A stretch of DNA of 32,000 nt from positions 1,860,001 to 1,892,000 of the forward strand of contig NC_010814.1 of NCBI RefSeq assembly GCF_000020385.1, given 5' to 3'. The stretch is from Trichlorobacter lovleyi SZ (GTDB lineage Bacteria > Desulfobacterota > Desulfuromonadia > Geobacterales > Pseudopelobacteraceae). The notes beneath the pieces were generated by a model that had not been told where the DNA came from, made no database searches, and was given only the letters and a program-made list of their open reading frames with translations. A program made the position numbers and the translations under genes. Shown piece by piece: positions 26,216 through 32,000 of the stretch. Positions within the stretch are counted from its first letter, which is position 1; the number at the start of each line of letters is the position of its first letter.

Positions 26216-26242
26216 GGGATGACGGGGATCCCCGTCTATCCC
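26216..26242. terminator. GC-rich palindromic hairpin between the two convergent HDOD genes
   Basis: GACGGGGATCCCCGTC (26221-26236) is a perfect 16-bp palindrome, extended by GGGAT/ATCCC. It overlaps the stop codon of the minus-strand gene. There is no clear U-tract, so terminator function is uncertain. Confidence 0.4.
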
Positions 26243-27558
26243 GCTGAAAGGATGCTGTCAATTTCCCGGTCAAGCTCTTCAAGGTGGTCAGCAAACGGCG
26301 CTGCCCATTCACCAGAGTGTGCTGCCAGTGCAGAGACCACATCATCCGGCAGCGGTGATTCGTTCTTTGCCAGCTGATCGGAAAGATAAATTATCTGAAC
26401 CAGTTGCTGATAAGCCTCGGCTTTTTCCGGCAGATGGTGGTTTTTGATAACTTCTTGTATTTCGTCAGAAAAATTCCATTTTTTTGCCACCAGTGCCCCC
26501 AGCGTGGTGTGGTGTACCCGCATCAGGTAATCCCGTTTTTCCTTGTCGAGATCGTACTTTGAGAGCATTTCCAGCATTACGATCCAGCCGATGTCATGCA
26601 GTAGTCCGCAGACAAATGCCTGATCGTGGTTTCCCCCCATGTCCCGTGTCAGTTGTTTGGCAATCATGCCTACCATCATGGAGTGGTGCAGAATCTGCTC
26701 GATCTCTTCGGCATGTTGCGGGGAGAAACCGCTGAGCGCATTAACGGTAACAATGCTCATCAATGATTTCAGGCCCATGTACACCACGGCATCGCGCAGG
26801 GTGCCAACCTTGCCGCGCCTGCCGTAAAAGGGCGAGTTGGAGACCCGCAGGATTTTTGAAACCAGCAGGGGGTCTGTCAGGCACTCAATAATCTGGTCAA
26901 TGGTGAGTCCCGGGCTGTTGATCTTGTCCATCAAGAGCTGCATTTCGGTGGGCAGTGGCGGGATGTCCAGGGCTCCTTTACGGATCAGCTCGTAAACCTC
27001 GTTCAGTACCGGGTCAAGGCTTGAAAGTTCGATCAGGCGGGCCTCATCAATCTGGACGGTAGAGTCCAGCAGAACCTTGGTCGGTTTGATATTGACCGGG
27101 CTGCAGAGGACGGCAGCCGGGAGAAAATCGCTGAAACGGAACGAACCGGTTCGCCAGGCCAGGGAGGTTGTCAGCGATTGTTCAGCCAAGGTGGAGATCA
27201 GCCCCCCCAGGCGCTCAAGCGGGATGCCTTCTTCACTCGAGAGCAGTCCGATAAACGAGATCCCCAACTCCTCTGACTGTTTGAGAGCCTCCATGATCCG
27301 CTCCATGGAGAGACCGAACTGATCCCGGATCGCGTCATAGAGCTGCTGTCCCTCCTGATCACACCAGACAAAGATCAGTCTTCCGTCCTGAAAGAAAAAA
27401 CGACGGGTATACTCATCATTGGTGGCAATCAATGTCCCTGATTTCTTGGAGCCTTCAATCCACTGAATCAGGTCGCTGAGTGACATCAGGCTCAGGCTGC
27501 CCTCAATAGATCGGGTGAGCCGCTCATCATTCTGATTGCTGAAGGTGGGCTGCAGCAT
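26236..27558 (-). CDS. DUF4388 (PATAN-like) + HDOD two-domain signalling protein
   Basis: 440 aa. The N-terminus IEGSLSLMSLSDLIQWIEGSKKSGTLIATNDEYTRRFFFQDGRLIFV fits DUF4388. The C-terminal half has ILRVSNSPFYG, GLLHDIGWIVML and HTTLGALVAKKWNFSDEIQEVIKNHH, which are HDOD hallmarks. GAGG lies 8 nt upstream of the ATG. Confidence 0.85.
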   Translation of the reverse strand: MLQPTFSNQNDERLTRSIEGSLSLMSLSDLIQWIEGSKKSGTLIATNDEYTRRFFFQDGRLIFVWCDQEGQQLYDAIRDQFGLSMERIMEALKQSEELGISFIGLLSSEEGIPLERLGGLISTLAEQSLTTSLAWRTGSFRFSDFLPAAVLCSPVNIKPTKVLLDSTVQIDEARLIELSSLDPVLNEVYELIRKGALDIPPLPTEMQLLMDKINSPGLTIDQIIECLTDPLLVSKILRVSNSPFYGRRGKVGTLRDAVVYMGLKSLMSIVTVNALSGFSPQHAEEIEQILHHSMMVGMIAKQLTRDMGGNHDQAFVCGLLHDIGWIVMLEMLSKYDLDKEKRDYLMRVHHTTLGALVAKKWNFSDEIQEVIKNHHLPEKAEAYQQLVQIIYLSDQLAKNESPLPDDVVSALAAHSGEWAAPFADHLEELDREIDSILSAG

Positions 27559-27604
27559 GCACTGGCCTCATCATTTTGTCTGTTTATTGAGAGTGGTATG
27601 CATT

Positions 27605-27632
27605 AGTATAGCGCCACTATGGAGCTATGCAA
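27605..27632 (-). promoter_or_regulatory. Candidate sigma70 promoter for the DUF4388-HDOD gene (TTGCAT-N16-TATACT)
   Basis: On the minus strand, TTGCAT is the complement of 27627-27632. A 16-nt spacer follows, then TATACT (complement of 27605-27610), about 47 nt upstream of the ATG. This is a sequence match only. Confidence 0.35.
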
Positions 27633-27731
27633 GGTGCTTTGTCTTTTTCATGCCTGCTGCAGCAGGGGAACGGTCCCTGCAGATATGCGGCTGCTGACCG
27701 GCCGGCAAACGAAAAAAACGGACAGGCGAAG

Positions 27732-30128
27732 ATGACAGCAGCCTGTCTGCCGATTGACCGTGTCCTGCCTCAACTGCTTGCCACCCTGCAGACGCACGCC
27801 AGCATCGTGCTGTCTGCCCCGCCGGGAGCAGGCAAAACCACCCGTGTGCCTTTGGCGTTACTGAAAATCATCCCCCCGGGTAACGGCCGGATACTCATGC
27901 TTGAACCTCGCAGGATTGCTGCTGTCTCCGCTGCCCGCTACATGGCCGCGTCACTGGGAGAACAGGTGGGGCAGACCGTTGGCTATACCATCCGTTTTGA
28001 ACGCAGACTGTCTGCGCAAACCAGGATTGAGGTGGTGACCGAGGGGATTCTGACCCGCCGTCTGCAGGAAGATCCTGAGCTTGCCGGTGTTGCTTGCATC
28101 ATTTTTGATGAATTCCATGAACGCTCCATCCATGCCGATCTGGGGCTGGCCCTCTGCCTGGAGGCCCAGGCTGCCCTGCGTCCTGATCTGAAGCTGTTGG
28201 TCATGTCTGCCACCCTTGATTGTGCTCCGCTGGCAAAACTGCTGGGAGATGCCCCGATCCTGTCGTCAGAAGGCCGTTCTTTTGCCGTGGATCTGCGCTA
28301 TCTCCCTGTCACGAACCGGCAGCCGTTAGCCGGACAGATGGCCGGGGCTATCAGGCTGGCCCTGCGTGACAATCCTGGTGATCTGTTGGCCTTTTTACCC
28401 GGCAGCAGTGAGATCAGGGCTGTCCAGCGTGAACTGGATGGCAGTGTTGATGGCATGATCTGCCCGTTGTACGGTGATCTTCCCTTTGAACAACAGCAAC
28501 AGGCTATTCAGCCGGGAACGCGCAGGCGGGTGGTGCTGGCCACCAATATTGCCGAGACCAGCCTGACCATCAATGGCGTCCGGATTGTAGTGGATAGCGG
28601 ATTGACCAGAAGGTTGCAGTTTGATCCGGCCACCGGCCTTGAACGGCTGATGACGGTGCGTGCATCTCGGGCCTCCGCCCTGCAGCGTACCGGCAGGGCA
28701 GGGCGTACCGGCCCGGGGGTCTGCTATCGCCTCTATGGCGAACAGAGCTTTCAGGCCATGACGCCGTTCACTCCGCCGGAGATGCTGACCGCAGACCTGG
28801 CTCCACTCGTACTTGAGCTGGCTGCCTGGGGCGCGACGCCTGACGGGCTGTCCTGGCTTGATCAACCGCCTGCAGCACATCTGGCAGCAGCACAGGCACT
28901 GTTGCAACTGCTGGGGGCACTGGACCGGAATGGTGCAATAACCGGGCTCGGGCGCCGCATGGTGCGTCTGCCGCTACACCCGCGGCTGGCCAGGCTGTTG
29001 ATTGCCGGGCAGGAACTGCAGCTGCTGCCTGAGGCCTGCAGATTGGCGGCAGAACTCTCAAACCGCTCATCAGCCCTGACAGCGATCGAACAAACAGAAC
29101 AACAGCTGCTGCAGTTGATGGGGGGACGAAGGAAACGCGGGATCCTGCCGTCTGCTGATGCAGTGCGTGCCCCGCTCCTGATCCTGGCCTGGCCGGACCG
29201 GATTGCCAGGCGGCGTCCGGGTGATGAAGGGCGCTACCTGCTGGCATCTGGCCGTGGTGCCGCCTGCAGGAACAGCCGGGCAGAGCTGCTGGTTGCCCTG
29301 CAGGTGGATGGGGGCGATGGTGCTGAAGGGGTCATCCATCAATCGGCAGCAATAACCGTCGACCAGCTGCGTCAGACCGTGCCGCAGCTGATTACCCGGC
29401 AGCGCTCAGTCAGCTGGGATCAGGCCGCTGCGCGGGTCGCTGCAACGGAACAGGAGCAGATCAGGGCGGTTGTGCTCTCTTCGCGTCAGATTGCGGCCGA
29501 CGATGCTGAGGCGACAGCATTGCTGCTGGAACAGCTGCGTTGTCAGGGCGTCGCCCTGTTGGGGTGGTCCGAGACTGCCCGGCAGCTGCAGTCCCGGGTA
29601 ATACTGGCAGGACGTCTGCTGCCAGAGGAGGGCTGGCCTGACCTGTCCGATACCTGGTTGTCCGAACACCCGGAACAGTGGCTGGCAAACCGCCTATCCG
29701 GTCTGCGCTCACAACAGGATCTGGGGCAGCTGGCAATACTTCCTCTCCTGCAGGAGCTTGTCGGATGGAAGTTGATGCAATTATTGGATTCAGTCGTACC
29801 TGCCGGGCTGACTGTGCCCAGTGGCCGTCGTATCGGTCTGGACTATACGGATCAGGAAGGACCGGTCTTGTCGGTCAAACTGCAGGAGCTGTTCGGTCTG
29901 GCCGAATCACCCCTGATCTGCCATGGCAGAAGAGCGGTGCTGGTGCATCTGCTTTCACCAGCAGGAAGGCCGGTGGCAGTCACCAGAGATCTGAAAGGGT
30001 TCTGGGAACGAGGGTATCTGGAGGTGCGCAAGGAGCTGCGGGGCAGGTATCCCAAGCATCCCTGGCCAGATGATCCCTGGAATGCGGTGGCGACCCATAA
30101 GACCAAGAAGGCGCTGGATAAAAGATAA
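27732..30128 (+). CDS. hrpB: ATP-dependent DEAH-box helicase HrpB
   Basis: I chose the start MTAACLPIDRVLPQL. Helicase motifs are present: SAPPGAGKTT, DEFHERS, SATL, TNIAETSLTI and QRTGRAGR. The C-terminal HrpB domain ends in RGRYPKHPWPDDP. The track ORF starts at 27627. Confidence 0.9.
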   Translation: MTAACLPIDRVLPQLLATLQTHASIVLSAPPGAGKTTRVPLALLKIIPPGNGRILMLEPRRIAAVSAARYMAASLGEQVGQTVGYTIRFERRLSAQTRIEVVTEGILTRRLQEDPELAGVACIIFDEFHERSIHADLGLALCLEAQAALRPDLKLLVMSATLDCAPLAKLLGDAPILSSEGRSFAVDLRYLPVTNRQPLAGQMAGAIRLALRDNPGDLLAFLPGSSEIRAVQRELDGSVDGMICPLYGDLPFEQQQQAIQPGTRRRVVLATNIAETSLTINGVRIVVDSGLTRRLQFDPATGLERLMTVRASRASALQRTGRAGRTGPGVCYRLYGEQSFQAMTPFTPPEMLTADLAPLVLELAAWGATPDGLSWLDQPPAAHLAAAQALLQLLGALDRNGAITGLGRRMVRLPLHPRLARLLIAGQELQLLPEACRLAAELSNRSSALTAIEQTEQQLLQLMGGRRKRGILPSADAVRAPLLILAWPDRIARRRPGDEGRYLLASGRGAACRNSRAELLVALQVDGGDGAEGVIHQSAAITVDQLRQTVPQLITRQRSVSWDQAAARVAATEQEQIRAVVLSSRQIAADDAEATALLLEQLRCQGVALLGWSETARQLQSRVILAGRLLPEEGWPDLSDTWLSEHPEQWLANRLSGLRSQQDLGQLAILPLLQELVGWKLMQLLDSVVPAGLTVPSGRRIGLDYTDQEGPVLSVKLQELFGLAESPLICHGRRAVLVHLLSPAGRPVAVTRDLKGFWERGYLEVRKELRGRYPKHPWPDDPWNAVATHKTKKALDKR

Positions 30129-30138
30129 GGAGATCTCC

Positions 30139-31644
30139 ATGCTGTTTGAGATGCATTGCCATACTGCGGAAAAATCAAGCTGCAGTTCTGTCCCGGCAGT
30201 TGAGCTGATCCGCAGGGTACAGGCCCGCGGACTGCAGGGGATTGTGCTGACCGATCATCACGCCATCTGGGAGGCTGAAGAGCTGGCAGCGATCCGGCAG
30301 CAGGCCGGGGTGCCGGAGCACTTCCTGATCCTCTCCGCACAGGAGGTGACCACTGCTGCCCATGGCGATCTGTTGGTCTACGGCGCCGCAACAGCCATTC
30401 CCAAAGGCACGCCGTTGTCTGAGATCAGGCAGTCCTGGCCCGATGCCGCCCTGGTATTGGCCCATGCCTACCGTAAGGGGCGCCGTCCCACTGATCAGCA
30501 GCTGACCGATCCGCTGCTGAATGGTGTGGAAATCTTCAGCTCAAACCATGGTGTGGCTGAAAACAGCCGCGGTCTGGCAGACTGGCATCGCCTGCGTTTT
30601 ACCGCCATCAGCGGCACTGACACCCATGGTGTGCAGTACGCCGGTTCCTATCCCACCATTTTTGACCATCCGGTTCAGTCGATGCAGGAATTGGTTGGCG
30701 AGCTGCGAGCCGGCCGCTGCCGCCCGTTTTTTAAAGAAATTCCCCGTTCCGGCGCCAATGCCGTGGTGACTGAGGTGACCTTCGGCACCAAGGAAGGTGA
30801 CGAAAACCGGGAACGGATTATTATCCGTACCCTGAGTGATGCAAAGAAATGGAAAGGCACCGAACGGGCCGAGACCATCATGGCAGCAGTGGCAGAAGCG
30901 GGCTTCAGTGCAGGTCGATACCGGGTTCCGAAACCGATCGAGATCGATCAGGAACGGATGACCATCATTGAGCAGGGGATCAGGGGACGTTCACTGCATG
31001 ATAAACTGCTGGCAGCCGGTCATACCGATGCCTGCTGGTACCTTGAGCTGACCGGCCGTTGGCTGGCCCGTCTGCATAAGGCGCGGCTGGCTGTAACAGC
31101 AGCAGATGAGTTTGAACAGCGCGAAGAAGCCAGAATAAGAAATTACCTGTCGCGCTTTGAAGCAATCAACCATCGCCATAGCGACCGAGCCCGGCAGATT
31201 GCTGAAGCGATCATTGCTGCGGAACATGATCTGTCGTGCGGGCACGACTGTCTGGTACAGGGACATGGTGATTTTCATCCCAAGAATGTGATGGTCGGCC
31301 AGGACAGTCAGGAAAACCGTGACACACTCTTTGTGGCGGCCATTGACTTCGGCAGCTCACTACAACTGCCGCCTGCCTTTGATGTGGGTACCTTTCTGGC
31401 CCAGTACCGCAACCAACTGTTCAGCCATCAGGAGCTGCTTGAGCGCCTACCGGAATCAATCTTTCTGGACGCCTACCTTGATGAGGGGCCGCCGGTGGGA
31501 GATGATTTCCTCTGGCAGGTTGAGCTGTTTCGGGCCCGCACCAACCTGAGTATAGCGGCCTTCCTGATCCGGGTGGGGATGGGCGAGAGCGAGGATCTCT
31601 GGCGGGTGCTGGTGGAGGCGGAACAGGGGATGAGCCAGATATGA
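30139..31644 (+). CDS. Fusion protein: N-terminal PHP-family metal-dependent phosphoesterase domain + C-terminal aminoglycoside-phosphotransferase/choline-kinase-like kinase domain
   Basis: I chose the start MLFEMHCHT, with AAGGAG 7 nt upstream and 10 nt after the hrpB stop. PHP motifs are HCH (30154-30162), TDHH, AHAYR and GTDTH. The kinase catalytic loop is HGDFHPKN (31264-31287), followed by AAIDFG. The track ORF starts at 30070. Confidence 0.82.
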   Translation: MLFEMHCHTAEKSSCSSVPAVELIRRVQARGLQGIVLTDHHAIWEAEELAAIRQQAGVPEHFLILSAQEVTTAAHGDLLVYGAATAIPKGTPLSEIRQSWPDAALVLAHAYRKGRRPTDQQLTDPLLNGVEIFSSNHGVAENSRGLADWHRLRFTAISGTDTHGVQYAGSYPTIFDHPVQSMQELVGELRAGRCRPFFKEIPRSGANAVVTEVTFGTKEGDENRERIIIRTLSDAKKWKGTERAETIMAAVAEAGFSAGRYRVPKPIEIDQERMTIIEQGIRGRSLHDKLLAAGHTDACWYLELTGRWLARLHKARLAVTAADEFEQREEARIRNYLSRFEAINHRHSDRARQIAEAIIAAEHDLSCGHDCLVQGHGDFHPKNVMVGQDSQENRDTLFVAAIDFGSSLQLPPAFDVGTFLAQYRNQLFSHQELLERLPESIFLDAYLDEGPPVGDDFLWQVELFRARTNLSIAAFLIRVGMGESEDLWRVLVEAEQGMSQI

Positions 31645-32000
31645 TCGACAGCCGGAGACTGCACAATCTGAACAACTGTCCGATCAGACCGGGGCCGGTG
31701 GTGTACTGGATGAGCAGGGAACAGCGGGTTGCTGATAACTGGGGACTGTATCATGCCCAGCAACTGGCGCTGGAACGTCAGGCAGCGCTGTTGGTGGTCT
31801 TCATCCTGGCGGACGGTTTCCTGGGGGCTACGCTGCGGCAGTACGGTTTTATGCTGCAGGGACTGGAGCAGGTTGCCCGCAAGCTGGACGGGCTGAATAT
31901 ACCGTTTCTGCTGCTGGAGGGGGAGCCACGGCATTCAATGCTGCAGTTCATTGCGCAAGAACAGACCGGTTGCGTGGTCTGCGACTTTGATCCGCTGCGG
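31641..32000 (+). CDS. Class II CPD deoxyribodipyrimidine photolyase, N-terminal part (3' end lies outside the window)
   Basis: MIDSRRLHNLNN.PIRPGPVVYWMSREQRVADNWGLYHAQ...LLVVF.L...FLGATLRQYGFMLQGL......L....IPF.LL.G.P......F.......VVCDFDPLR closely follows the class II photolyase N-terminus as I remember it from the Methanosarcina enzyme (GPVVYWMSRDQR..DNWAL...FML.GL...DFSPLR). It overlaps the upstream gene by ATGA. Confidence 0.85.
   Translation, partial: MIDSRRLHNLNNCPIRPGPVVYWMSREQRVADNWGLYHAQQLALERQAALLVVFILADGFLGATLRQYGFMLQGLEQVARKLDGLNIPFLLLEGEPRHSMLQFIAQEQTGCVVCDFDPLR

Noticed and set aside
28395-30391. Several 90-180-aa minus-strand ORFs inside hrpB and the PHP-kinase gene
   Set aside because: These are Pro/Arg/Ala-rich antisense shadows of strongly motif-supported plus-strand genes.
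1-32000. CRISPR arrays, IS elements, prophage or defence islands, tRNA or rRNA genes
   Set aside because: I saw no spaced direct-repeat arrays, terminal inverted repeats, transposase- or integrase-like ORFs, or cloverleaf-capable intergenic segments. All intergenic gaps are under 260 bp.

Overview
This 32-kb window looks like ordinary core chromosome, at roughly 55% GC by eye. It is probably from a Geobacter/Desulfuromonadales-type deltaproteobacterium; that is an inference from the multihaem cytochromes, the dense c-di-GMP/HDOD/PilZ signalling genes and the codon style. I found no rRNA, tRNA, CRISPR array, transposase or integrase. About 30 protein genes are tightly packed, and several junctions overlap by 4 nt (ATGA).

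Gene order, left to right:
- dCMP deaminase (3' end), nrdR, ribD, ribE, ribBA and queH on the + strand. ribH and nusB are not in this cluster.
- A 55-aa 2x[4Fe-4S] ferredoxin on the - strand that is absent from the supplied ORF track.
- ackA (+), a TPR protein (-) and ptsP (GAF-EI, +).
- A minus-strand pair: a protein with two DUF4388-like repeats, followed by a 7-helix membrane protein.
- comEC, a REC-GGDEF regulator and hisS.
- A CydA-like membrane protein fused to three c-type haem domains, a 9-helix partner and an octahaem cytochrome c.
- A glycine-zipper lipoprotein, a membrane-anchored PilZ protein with a large insertion, and a DUF1858 protein.
- Aspartate aminotransferase, coaD and rsmD.
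- Two convergent HDOD proteins, one of them fused to DUF4388.
- hrpB, a PHP-phosphoesterase/APH-like kinase fusion, and a class II photolyase (5' end only).

The candidates most worth follow-up are:
1. The bd-oxidase-like/cytochrome c/octahaem respiratory module.
2. The hrpB, PHP-kinase and photolyase cassette.
3. The 7TM plus tandem-DUF4388 pair.
4. The split-motif PilZ protein.

All family calls come from motifs I recognise by eye in the translations. No searches were run.
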